Of a DNA stretch of 64,000 nt, positions 1 to 9,122 are shown piece after piece (the first letter of the stretch is position 1; the number at the start of each line of letters is the position of its first letter). The stretch comes from an uncultured virus (IMG/VR IMGVR_UViG_3300013110_000406). Taxonomy: Duplodnaviria > Heunggongvirae > Uroviricota > Caudoviricetes. The notes under the pieces are model-generated. The model did no database searches. It saw only the letters and a list, made by a program, of their open reading frames with translations, and was not told where the DNA came from. The position numbers were made by a program, and so were the translations under genes. Where the stretch lies: IMG/VR virus record IMGVR_UViG_3300013110_000406; one strand, given 5' to 3'.

Positions 1-761
1 TCAAGGTGGACAGTACGGCTGTTACCGCGATGACCAAGAAGCTCAAGGCCAAGTGGACCCCGGAGTTAGGACAAGATCTTAACGCCTACCACAACCTTGA
101 TGCTGAGGTTGAGTTGACCAGCATTCTCTCTGAGCAAGTTGCTCTTGAGATTGACCGCGAGATCCTTGGTGACCTCGTTGGTGGTGCAACTGCCGGTACT
201 TATTACTGGTCACGTTCACCCGGTTTGTTTGTCGATAAGACGAGTGGCGTGGAAATTGGAGCAGCTACTAAGGCTCCCGACTTCACCGGTACTGTGAGTG
301 AGTGGTATGAGACCCTCATTGAAACTATCAATGATGTCTCCGCACAGATCCATCGCAAGACATTGCGTGGTGGTGCTAACTTCATCGTCTGCGGACCTGA
401 AGTTGCCAACATTCTCGAATTCACGGCTGGTTTCCGTGCCTCTGTTACGGCAGATGATGAAACCGGTACCGTGGGTGCTGTCAAGACTGGATCTCTTTCC
501 AAGAAGTTTGACGTCATTGTTGACCCATACTTCCTGCGGAACGTGGTTCTGGTCGGACGTCGTGGTTCCTCTTTCCTTGAAAGCGGATATGTATACGCAC
601 CTTATGTGCCGTTACAGACCACACCCACTATCTTTGGCCCTGAAGACTTCGTGCCCCGCAAGGGCGTGATGACTCGGTACGCCAAGAAGATGGTGCGTCC
701 CGATATGTACGGTCTTGTTATCGTGCGCGGTCTCTTAGGTGAGTCCGGATCTGCTACCTAA
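1..761 (+). CDS. Major capsid protein (T4 gp23-like), 5'-truncated by window edge
   Basis: KLKAKWTPELGQDLNAYHNLDAEVELTSILSEQVALEIDREI, GANFIVC, YAPYVPLQ, PRKGVMTRY are gp23-family signatures. Confidence 0.95.
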   Translation, partial: KVDSTAVTAMTKKLKAKWTPELGQDLNAYHNLDAEVELTSILSEQVALEIDREILGDLVGGATAGTYYWSRSPGLFVDKTSGVEIGAATKAPDFTGTVSEWYETLIETINDVSAQIHRKTLRGGANFIVCGPEVANILEFTAGFRASVTADDETGTVGAVKTGSLSKKFDVIVDPYFLRNVVLVGRRGSSFLESGYVYAPYVPLQTTPTIFGPEDFVPRKGVMTRYAKKMVRPDMYGLVIVRGLLGESGSAT

Positions 762-783
762 AATTAGCGGATAAATAAAACTT

Positions 784-818
784 AGCCCCTTGGTCGAAAG
801 ACCGGGGGGTTTTGTTTT
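784..818 (+). terminator. Rho-independent terminator
   Basis: AGCCCCTTGGTC-GAAA-GACCGGGGGGTT hairpin followed by T-rich tract, just after capsid stop. Confidence 0.85.
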
Positions 819-943
819 GCCTAGACTATTTAGTGTAGGCGTTGTAGGAGGCGTCTATAGTCTGTGCACAGCGCAGCTATTAGCTAGCAGGTTTATAACT
901 TGCGCAGCACTACATAATTCAATATATAAGGAGGAATTTTGAA

Positions 944-1390
944 ATGGCTGTTTCACAAAATATTGCAAGATTGCGTGCCCTCATGCAGGGACTTGCGGTG
1001 ACCAATGTTAAAAGCATGGGTTTTCAATTAATGCAACTCGAATCCAAAGAATCGGTGGATGGAGGACTCGACGATGGGGCTAATACCTCACCACAGGCTC
1101 TTTCTTTGACTACTTTACTTTCTCTTGTCACTACGGCAGCAGGCTCCGGAAGCGTTTCGCTTGCGGCTGGCAACACTACTGGACAAGTTAAGTATGTGGT
1201 ATTAAAAGAGGTTGGAGGTTCCAAGAGTCTCACCCTTAGCTGTTCGGCAGGTGTTGGAGGTACGGCATTGACTGCGTCGATAAATCAGGCTCGACAAGCG
1301 CTTGGTTTAATTTATGATGGGCAGAACTGGCAAATTTTGCACACTGCGACAAGCGGTAGTGGAATCCAGGGCGGAGCCGGCGGAGTTTAG
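944..1390 (+). CDS. Putative head decoration/fibre-domain protein
   Basis: Strong SD (AAGGAGGA); follows capsid gene; C-terminal beta-rich segment (GQVKYVVLK...LIYDGQNWQIL) resembles the end of the 53205 fibre ORF. Confidence 0.5.
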   Translation: MAVSQNIARLRALMQGLAVTNVKSMGFQLMQLESKESVDGGLDDGANTSPQALSLTTLLSLVTTAAGSGSVSLAAGNTTGQVKYVVLKEVGGSKSLTLSCSAGVGGTALTASINQARQALGLIYDGQNWQILHTATSGSGIQGGAGGV

Positions 1391-1426
1391 TTTAAACTTT
1401 TATAAGAAACTATCTGTGTCTTTATT

Positions 1427-1458
1427 AAAGCCCCTCAATTTCGGTTGGGGGGCTTTTC
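1427..1458 (+). terminator. Rho-independent terminator
   Basis: AAAGCCCCTCAAT-TTCG-GTTGGGGGGCTTT hairpin. Confidence 0.8.
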
Positions 1459-1571
1459 TATCGAGACCAATAATCAAAAATGTCGATTTCCCAAATTTTT
1501 TCCCCGGTAAATTTTTGAGATTTTCGTTTTTATGTTTTAAAAAACTAATTAGAACAGCGGGAGTTTAATAT

Positions 1572-2843
1572 ATGCCAACCAACCTACAACCACGATCTGA
1601 AACAAGTGCTATAGTTTTGACGTCTACAGGAAGTGTAGACCTAGTATCTGGTTCTTTACCCTTTGGAATCTACACAGGTTCTGCCGATTTCTTAAGTGGT
1701 GCAGCCCTTCAGGTAGCTTATACCTATAAGAAGCTCGGCGGAGATGTAATAGACATCGAACTGACGCCTTCAAACGTCTATGCGGCGTATGAAGAAGCGG
1801 TCTTAGAATATTCGTATATTATTAACCTTCACCAATCTAAAAATGCTCTATCCACCTTCCTAGGAAATGCAACAGGCACCTTCGATCACAAGGGAGATCG
1901 GAAAAGTGGTCCCTCTAATATCAATTTAAGATATCCAAGATTTACAACTGGATATTCTCGTCGCGTAGGTGACGGGGCGGCAGCAGCAGGCGGATTTGGG
2001 GGCACTGTGCCCGAATATTCGGCCTCCTTCCAACCTCAAACCAAAGTGCAGGACTATGACCTTCAATCAATCATCCAGAGTGCTTCCGTATCAGGAGTGG
2101 ATGATGCCGGCACTGGGATTGATTTCCAAAATAAAGTTGATAATAAACGTGTAATCATCACAAAGGTGTTTTATAAGTCTCCCCGCGCAATGTGGCGTTT
2201 TTATGGCTACTACGGTGGGTTTGGCGTTGTTGGCAACATGTCAACTTATGGTCAGTTTGCCGATGATTCCACTTTTGAAATTATTCCCACATGGCAGAAC
2301 AAAATGCAAGCCATTATGTATGAAGATTCGATCTACACTAGAACTTCGCATTATTCATACGAAATTATTAATGATCGCTTACGAATTTACCCAGAGCCCA
2401 CTACGTGGAGCGATTCCCAGCTAGATCGTATTTGGGTAAGGTTCTATGTTGATATTGTGCCATGGCAGGAGGATGGAGATACTAAAACGGGGATTGAAGG
2501 CATTAATAATATGAATACGGTTCCTTTTGACAATATTCCCTATGCCAATATTAATGCTATTGGAAAACAATGGATTAGAAAATATGCATTAGCCCTCTCT
2601 AAAGAGATGTTGGGGCAAATTCGTGGAAAATTTACCACTGTGCCCATTCCGGGAGAAAGCGTGACATTAAACTTTGCGGATTTGTTGTCGCAGGCCAAAG
2701 AAGAACAAACAGCACTTAAGGATAAACTTATGGAGATGTTGAAGGAGATGGAGTATCCCGCACTGGCTAAGTCGGATCAAGAACTGACTGACGCCGCAAC
2801 TGAGGTATTAAAGATCACACCTCTTCCAATTTTTGTAGGATAA
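1572..2843 (+). CDS. Neck/head-tail adaptor protein (gp13-like)
   Basis: KLGGDVIDIELT, WIRKYALALSKEMLGQIRGKF, VTLN and terminal PLPIFVG match the gp13-type pattern; synteny. Confidence 0.8.
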   Translation: MPTNLQPRSETSAIVLTSTGSVDLVSGSLPFGIYTGSADFLSGAALQVAYTYKKLGGDVIDIELTPSNVYAAYEEAVLEYSYIINLHQSKNALSTFLGNATGTFDHKGDRKSGPSNINLRYPRFTTGYSRRVGDGAAAAGGFGGTVPEYSASFQPQTKVQDYDLQSIIQSASVSGVDDAGTGIDFQNKVDNKRVIITKVFYKSPRAMWRFYGYYGGFGVVGNMSTYGQFADDSTFEIIPTWQNKMQAIMYEDSIYTRTSHYSYEIINDRLRIYPEPTTWSDSQLDRIWVRFYVDIVPWQEDGDTKTGIEGINNMNTVPFDNIPYANINAIGKQWIRKYALALSKEMLGQIRGKFTTVPIPGESVTLNFADLLSQAKEEQTALKDKLMEMLKEMEYPALAKSDQELTDAATEVLKITPLPIFVG

Positions 2844-2850
2844 TTAAATA

Positions 2851-3342
2851 ATGGCAGATAATGAATGGGAAAGACCTAAAAATCCTCCTCCTCCTCTTTT
2901 CTTGGGGAAGAAAGAGCGCAATTTAGTCAAACAAGTTAATGACGAATTAATTGAAAAAGTCATTGGCCAACAGATCTTATATTATCCTATCGATTTAGAG
3001 ACTACCAACTTTCACGAGCTTTACGGCGAGGCTATCAAAAAGACTTACTTACCTCCCCTCCGAGTTTATGCATTGGTAGAATTCTCCACCGAAGCTACTG
3101 AATATATGAAGAATTTCGGAGTAGACAAGACTTGGGAAATTGCAGTATATTTCCATAGACGCCGCTTGACCGAAGATCAAGACTTATATGTGCGGGAAGG
3201 CGATTTTGTTCTATATGGCTCCAATTATTATGAAATTTTAAAAATTGAAGAGGAGCGGAAACTCTTTGGACAGGTTGATCACACCTTCCAGATAAAAGCA
3301 ACGTGTAAGCGCGCGCGCAAGGGACTATTCGATGCTACCTGA
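2851..3342 (+). CDS. Neck/head closure protein (gp14-like)
   Basis: ELIEKVIGQQILYYP...LYGE...EGDFV pattern; position after gp13-like gene. Confidence 0.7.
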   Translation: MADNEWERPKNPPPPLFLGKKERNLVKQVNDELIEKVIGQQILYYPIDLETTNFHELYGEAIKKTYLPPLRVYALVEFSTEATEYMKNFGVDKTWEIAVYFHRRRLTEDQDLYVREGDFVLYGSNYYEILKIEEERKLFGQVDHTFQIKATCKRARKGLFDAT

Positions 3343-4222
3343 TAATTTTGATTTTGCAATGCTGCCTACAGGAAGCGTGGGCAATACCACCTTTACCTTA
3401 GAAGAGATAGGGATGCTGGCCTCCACTATTGAGAATATAGATTATTCTCTGGTATCGTGGGTAAAAGAAGACTTGAAACTCAGCACTGTTACCAATGAAG
3501 GCTTTAAAGAAGTCCCTGTATTGTGGCAAGTTCCTGAAAGGGCGTATCAGGTTAAAAATGAAAAATCCTTGCGCGATGACAACGATGCGCTGAAATTACC
3601 TCTTATTAGCGTAGAAAGAACAGGGATTGTGAAAAACCCTCAAAATCGGGGATCGTTTCAAGCTCATTTGTATTCTAATAAGCACAACCAGCGCTCCGGC
3701 CGATTTGTTATTGCAAAGCGCATTGTTGAAGACAAGACCCGTAATTATGCCACCGCGGTCGGCACACGAACCAATGCCGGCGGCACCCTCCAGCGTAATT
3801 ATCCCCGCATTAATAAGCAAGTAGTAGTACAGTTTTTATCAGTGCCTATCCCGGTATATGTGGATCTGGAATATAAGATTATAATTAAAACAGAATATCA
3901 GCAACAGATGAACCAATTGGTATCCCCCTTCATTGGGCGAACAGGTCAAACCAATGTTTTTGTCATGAGGCGTAATGGACATCTTTACGAAGGCTTTATA
4001 GACCAAAACTTTACTCACAATAACACAGTAGCTGATTTAGCTGAAGATGCTCGCCTCTTTGAAACCGAAATCACTATTAAAGTCTTAGGGTATCTCATTG
4101 GGGAAGGCGAAAGCGATGATCGCCCCATTGTGACGATGGAAGAAAACATTGTAGAAGTTACATTTCCTAGCGAAGGACCGGTCCCAACCGGCAATCTTAA
4201 TATCTTTGGTAAGACTTCCTGA
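3332..4222 (+). CDS. Tail terminator/completion protein (gp15-like)
   Basis: LKLPLISVER, PVYVDLEY, QMNQLV, ITIKVLGYL motifs; between neck and sheath genes. Confidence 0.6.
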   Translation: MLPDNFDFAMLPTGSVGNTTFTLEEIGMLASTIENIDYSLVSWVKEDLKLSTVTNEGFKEVPVLWQVPERAYQVKNEKSLRDDNDALKLPLISVERTGIVKNPQNRGSFQAHLYSNKHNQRSGRFVIAKRIVEDKTRNYATAVGTRTNAGGTLQRNYPRINKQVVVQFLSVPIPVYVDLEYKIIIKTEYQQQMNQLVSPFIGRTGQTNVFVMRRNGHLYEGFIDQNFTHNNTVADLAEDARLFETEITIKVLGYLIGEGESDDRPIVTMEENIVEVTFPSEGPVPTGNLNIFGKTS

Positions 4223-4336
4223 AGTAAACCCCCATTTTTCTTTGCAGTTCAGGAGCTTTTTGAGATCCCAAATACTATTTAATTAATGATTACAGTGGCG
4301 TAATTTTAGCCCATTGTCTTAAAAGGAATCACAAAT

Positions 4337-7267
4337 ATGTCAGTAAAAAACTTTAAGTTTGTCTCTCCTGGTGTTTTTATCAATGAGATCGACAACTCTT
4401 TCATTCCCAAGTCAGCAGAAGAAATTGGACCTGTTGTTATTGGTCGTGCCTCTAGGGGCCCCGCTATGCAACCTGTTAAGGTCCGCTCTTACTCTGAATT
4501 TGTAGAAGTGTTCGGAGATACAGTACCCGGAGGTACCGGCGGCGATGTTTATCGCGATGGCAACTACCAATCCGCAATGTACGGTACTTATGCCGCTAAA
4601 GCTTTTTTGCGTGCCAATGTGGCGCCCCTGACATATGTGCGCCTCTTAGGTGAGCAACACGCTAATAACACAGGCGCCTCTACCGCGCTCGCTGGTTGGA
4701 AAACAACTGAGAGCCCCGGGGCCACTTATGCTGCTAACGGAGGCGCCTACGGACTCTGGATCTGGCCGTCTGGCTCTGGTACCATAGTAGGTGGGACAGC
4801 CGGACTACAAGGCGTCCTGGCTGCTATTTGGTACGTAGATGATAATGCTTCAATTGCTTTAAGTGGGACGCTAATGCGCTCCACAGCTACGACTGCTTCT
4901 ATTGGGCAGGTCATAGCTAACGATACTGCCACCGCCAATTCTTTTACGGTGGAGATTCGAAACAACGACTTAGCCAGCGAAAAAATTCGCTTTAATCTTG
5001 ATGATAGTTCCGATCTCTTCATTCGCAAGCGTTTTAACACCAATCCTCAACTAGTGGCGGCTGCAGGAACATTTGCACCGGCCTCGTCGAAGAAAAACTA
5101 TTGGCTTGGTGAGAGTTTCGAACAAGAAATTCGCGATGGTATCCATTCAAATCCCGCTCTCTTTACAGTGACGAGCGGAAGTTCTCTTACCTCTGCTGCT
5201 CTCCATGGATGTATCCTTCCTATAGCATTGAATAGCGCTAACACAACAGGGCCTCACAATGTTCAGGGGGTTAGTGCAGACTCGGCCCTTGGTAAAGCCG
5301 GTTGGTTCATTGGTCAAGACCTTGGAACTCCCGCTTCCTTCCGTCCGGATCAGATGCAACAGCTTTTCCGTCTTAAAGACCGCGGACACGGCGAGTGGCT
5401 CCAAAAGAACGTTAAGGTTTCTATTGAGAACATTCGTAAGTCCACCTCTACGGTAAGTGACTACGGAACATTCAGCGTGGTTCTTCGCGCTCTGTCAGAT
5501 ACCGATAGTAATGTTCAAGTGATGGAACGGTTTGATAACTGTACGCTCGATCCCACTTCCCCCAATTTCCTTTCTCGCAAGATTGGAGATCAGTATACAT
5601 CTTGGGATACCACTAGTCGTCGATTGAAGACTTATGGAGAATATGCAAACCAATCTAAGTTCGTGTATGTGGAAATGAATGCGACTGTAGAAGCCGGCGG
5701 CACTGACGCCGAATTGCTTCCCTTCGGATATTATGGGCCGCCCCGGTTTACGAGCGGAATCTCTGTTAGTTCTTCAGTCGACTTGACTGACCAGAATTTG
5801 ATGATCTTTAATACCCCAACACTTCTGAGTGGTTCAACACTCTTGTCCAGCGTTGGTCTCGCCGGACAAGCGCTGGCCCTGACTGCGAGTCTCGGATTCC
5901 CCGTTGCACAGACTCGCTTGTCGGCATCTGATGGCGGCTTAGCAGATAATACTGATGCCTACTTTGGATTCCAAAGCACGCGTTCGTCGACTAGCACCCG
6001 CTGGGATCCGAGCGTGGCCTCAATGCATCGTTTCTGGACTGCAACATCTGTTGACGATCCAGTAAACAGCACCGCGGTTGCCGGTATTGAATCTTATGCG
6101 TATATTTTCACTCTTGATAATGTGCTCTCTTGCAGTTCCGGCGGATACTATTATGAATCCGGATCTCGCGCCTCCTCTAAGTCTGTAACGAGTGCCTCCT
6201 ACGGCGATATCTTAGACCTCGGATACAGCCAATTCACCGCTCCTATTTGGGGTGGCTTCGATGGCTGGGATATCACAAAGCCCGATCCTCTATATAACAC
6301 TGGAATGACAGACATTAGCAGTGTAGATGATCGCAATAGCTATGCTTATAACACGATTAAGCGCGCTGTTGATACAGTAGCCGACCCTGAGTCTCTTAAT
6401 ATGAATCTCTTGGCCGCACCCGGCGTAACGGTTCCGGGCCTGACTACACATATGGTAAACGTTTGTGAAGAGCGCGCAGATGCGATGTCTCTCATTGACC
6501 TGCCTAATGTATACCTCCCTGCTTCTGAAGGATCTTATTCTTCTCGCAGCACAAAGGCTTCCCGTATCGCCACAACCCCCCAGCAAGCAGCCACAACCCT
6601 TCGGAATCGTCGAATTGACTCCAGTTATGGCGCAACTTTCTATCCGTGGGTCCAGACAGTAGACGACCGAACAGGCCGCATGCTGTGGATTCCGCCTTCC
6701 GTCGCAATGATGGGAGTGCTGGCATCTTCACAAGCTTCGTCTGAATTGTGGTTCGCTCCTGCGGGCTTCAATCGCGGCGGTCTTAGTGATGGCGCAGCAG
6801 GTATTCCAGTTACTTCTGTGACTGAGAGACTGACATCTAAAGAGCGCGACACTCTTTACGATGCGCGCATTAATCCGATTGCCTCGTTCCCCTCTAGCGG
6901 AATTGTGGTGTTTGGGCAGAAGACGCTTCAAGAGCGCCAAAGTGCCTTGGACCGTATTAATGTACGCCGACTCGTTATCTACTTGAAGAAGCAGATTTCT
7001 ATTCTCTCCACTCAAATTCTGTTTGAGCAAAACGTACAAGCGACGTGGGCGAGATTTAAGGGACTTGTCGAGCCCTTCCTGCAGAACGCAGTCGTGAGAT
7101 TGGGACTTACCGAATATAGACTGGTCCTGGACGAATCTACTACAACCCCAGATTTGATTGACCAGAATATTATGTATGCCAAGATTATGGTTAAACCTGC
7201 ACGCTCTATTGAGTTCATTGCGATTGATTTTGTGATTGCCTCGACGGGAGCATCTTTTGATGACTAA
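4337..7267 (+). CDS. Contractile tail sheath protein (gp18-like)
   Basis: N-terminal FVSPGVFINEID; C-terminal WFAPAGFNRG, INPI, FGQKTLQ, ALDRINVRRL, KPARSIEFI. Confidence 0.95.
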   Translation: MSVKNFKFVSPGVFINEIDNSFIPKSAEEIGPVVIGRASRGPAMQPVKVRSYSEFVEVFGDTVPGGTGGDVYRDGNYQSAMYGTYAAKAFLRANVAPLTYVRLLGEQHANNTGASTALAGWKTTESPGATYAANGGAYGLWIWPSGSGTIVGGTAGLQGVLAAIWYVDDNASIALSGTLMRSTATTASIGQVIANDTATANSFTVEIRNNDLASEKIRFNLDDSSDLFIRKRFNTNPQLVAAAGTFAPASSKKNYWLGESFEQEIRDGIHSNPALFTVTSGSSLTSAALHGCILPIALNSANTTGPHNVQGVSADSALGKAGWFIGQDLGTPASFRPDQMQQLFRLKDRGHGEWLQKNVKVSIENIRKSTSTVSDYGTFSVVLRALSDTDSNVQVMERFDNCTLDPTSPNFLSRKIGDQYTSWDTTSRRLKTYGEYANQSKFVYVEMNATVEAGGTDAELLPFGYYGPPRFTSGISVSSSVDLTDQNLMIFNTPTLLSGSTLLSSVGLAGQALALTASLGFPVAQTRLSASDGGLADNTDAYFGFQSTRSSTSTRWDPSVASMHRFWTATSVDDPVNSTAVAGIESYAYIFTLDNVLSCSSGGYYYESGSRASSKSVTSASYGDILDLGYSQFTAPIWGGFDGWDITKPDPLYNTGMTDISSVDDRNSYAYNTIKRAVDTVADPESLNMNLLAAPGVTVPGLTTHMVNVCEERADAMSLIDLPNVYLPASEGSYSSRSTKASRIATTPQQAATTLRNRRIDSSYGATFYPWVQTVDDRTGRMLWIPPSVAMMGVLASSQASSELWFAPAGFNRGGLSDGAAGIPVTSVTERLTSKERDTLYDARINPIASFPSSGIVVFGQKTLQERQSALDRINVRRLVIYLKKQISILSTQILFEQNVQATWARFKGLVEPFLQNAVVRLGLTEYRLVLDESTTTPDLIDQNIMYAKIMVKPARSIEFIAIDFVIASTGASFDD

Positions 7268-7331
7268 AGATACGGGAGTTTTTCCTTCCGTTGACTATTT
7301 AATTTTGAAACCTTATAGGAGTACCTAAATC

Positions 7332-7928
7332 ATGCCATTCTGGTCAACCAATCATTCTAACAACCCCGCGCTAAACGATCCCAAAAGGTCATTTAGATTT
7401 GTAGTGCGCTTTAACGGACTTAGCGATAACACGCTTTGGTACGCAAAAACCGCTACAAAGCCTTCTTTTCAAATCGCTTCGACAGAGCACAAGTATTTGA
7501 ATCACACCTTTTATTATCCTGGCGCTGTTACGTGGCAGGATGTATCGGTAACATTGGTCGACCCAGTCGATCCTGACATGGCAGCATCCTTGACAGACAT
7601 CGTTCAAGCCGGCGGATATAAAATTCCTACCCCGGGCGACAACAGCACGATGACAAAGGCTAGCGCTTCGACGGCGCTGGGTGTTGTGACGGTCGAGCAG
7701 ATCGATTCTAACGGAGTCGCCCTCGAAACCTGGACGCTTAACAATGCTTTCATTACTGAAATTAAGTACGGTGACTTAGAATACGGAAAAGATGATTTAA
7801 CGGTATTGACGGTTACGATGAAGTACGATTGGGCAACTCTGGAAGCCCGAGGAAAGAGCATTCGCGATAAGACGACAGCCACTGGCGAGAAGAATAAGTT
7901 CTGGTCTGTCGGCGGCGGCAACAGCTAA
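7332..7928 (+). CDS. Tail tube protein (gp19-like)
   Basis: PKRSFRF, KPSF, YPGAVTWQDVSVTLVD, ETWTLNNAF, YGDLEY, MKYDWA; follows sheath. Confidence 0.9.
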   Translation: MPFWSTNHSNNPALNDPKRSFRFVVRFNGLSDNTLWYAKTATKPSFQIASTEHKYLNHTFYYPGAVTWQDVSVTLVDPVDPDMAASLTDIVQAGGYKIPTPGDNSTMTKASASTALGVVTVEQIDSNGVALETWTLNNAFITEIKYGDLEYGKDDLTVLTVTMKYDWATLEARGKSIRDKTTATGEKNKFWSVGGGNS

Positions 7929-7957
7929 GAATTTTAACAAAGAACAAGAGGTGAATA

Positions 7958-8818
7958 TTGTCACGCAATAAAGATCGCTTGGGCATGGGTGACACCACCC
8001 CAGATAACAGTGGACCCCCACCCCAAGCGTTACAACAAGAAACATCGGGATTCTCATTTGTGATCCCAACTGAATATGTAGAACTCCCCTCCCAGGGGCG
8101 ATTCTATCCTGAAGACCACCCATTGCATGGGCAGGAAAGTATTGAGATTAAACAAATGACCGCCAAAGAGGAAGATATTTTAACTTCCCGGACACTCCTT
8201 AAAAAGGGGGTAGCTCTAGATCGAGTCATTCAGAACTTAATAATGGATAATCGGATCAACGCCGATAATGTATTAGTAGGCGACAGAAATGCGATTCTTA
8301 TTGCTATCCGTTCATCTGCGTATGGAAATATTTATACGACGAAAGTGACGTGTCCTGCATGCGAAGCTTCGCAAGATTATTCTTTTGATCTAAACGAGGC
8401 GAATGTCTTTGATGGCACCACGGGGGAAACCGATCTGGATATTGTTAACCACGGCGATGGGACGTTTGAAACGATCCTTCCCAGTACTCAAGTTACTGCT
8501 ACTTTTCGACTTTTAATTGGCCGAGATGAAAAGGCCATTTTGAAAGGCGCCCGCAACAAGCAAAAGAGTTCTTACGAGAAAGCAGTTACAACTCAACTCC
8601 GCAATATGATTGTGGCTGTTAATGGTGATGATTCGACCCAGGCCTGTAACTATTTGGTGGAAAACATTCCGTCTATAGATGCTCGCCATTTGCGACTCGC
8701 TTATAAGATGGTAGCTCCCAATATCGATTTAAACCAAGAGTTTAGCTGTGGCGAATGTGGCCATGATCAGGAAATGGAGGTTCCGCTGACCGCGGACTTT
8801 TTTTGGCCTGACCGATGA
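7958..8818 (+). CDS. Baseplate hub/tail assembly chaperone (gp26-like)
   Basis: VELPSQGRFY, MTAKEEDIL, GDRNAILIAIR, two CxxC pairs, ends DFFWPDR. Confidence 0.8.
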   Translation: MSRNKDRLGMGDTTPDNSGPPPQALQQETSGFSFVIPTEYVELPSQGRFYPEDHPLHGQESIEIKQMTAKEEDILTSRTLLKKGVALDRVIQNLIMDNRINADNVLVGDRNAILIAIRSSAYGNIYTTKVTCPACEASQDYSFDLNEANVFDGTTGETDLDIVNHGDGTFETILPSTQVTATFRLLIGRDEKAILKGARNKQKSSYEKAVTTQLRNMIVAVNGDDSTQACNYLVENIPSIDARHLRLAYKMVAPNIDLNQEFSCGECGHDQEMEVPLTADFFWPDR

Positions 8819-8822
8819 ATAT

Positions 8823-9050
8823 GTGGAGAACGTGTATGAGCAGTTCTTCTTCTTAAAATATTCAGGCGGTTGGTCATTTACGGAAGCTTATAATCTTCCC
8901 GTAGGTCTTAGGACGTGGTTCGTAGAACGTCTCGTAAGACAGCTTGAGGCAGAATCGGACGCAATCGAAAAAGCTTCTCAGGGCGGCAAAGGCTCCAATA
9001 TCCAGACTTTAACGCCTTTTAACCAGCCCACTGCACCTACGAAGTATTAA
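8823..9050 (+). CDS. Small tail assembly chaperone partner (gp51/GT-like), probably expressed as a frameshift extension of the upstream gene
   Basis: EQFFFLKYSGGWSFTEAYNLPVGLRTWF; frame is open back through the T7 run at 8798-8804. Confidence 0.7.
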   Translation: MENVYEQFFFLKYSGGWSFTEAYNLPVGLRTWFVERLVRQLEAESDAIEKASQGGKGSNIQTLTPFNQPTAPTKY

Positions 9051-9052
9051 GA

Positions 9053-9078
9053 GACAGGCATGCCCTGTCTTTTTTTTA
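9053..9078 (+). terminator. Rho-independent terminator
   Basis: AGACAGG-CATGC-CCTGTCT followed by T run. Confidence 0.75.
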
Positions 9079-9122
9079 TGCAAACTATTTACTGAAGACG
9101 CTAGATCCCGGGAACTTAATAT

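Noticed and set aside
855..910. Short palindromes in the leader of the 944 gene
   Set aside because: Stems are short and match no motif I recognise; insufficient support
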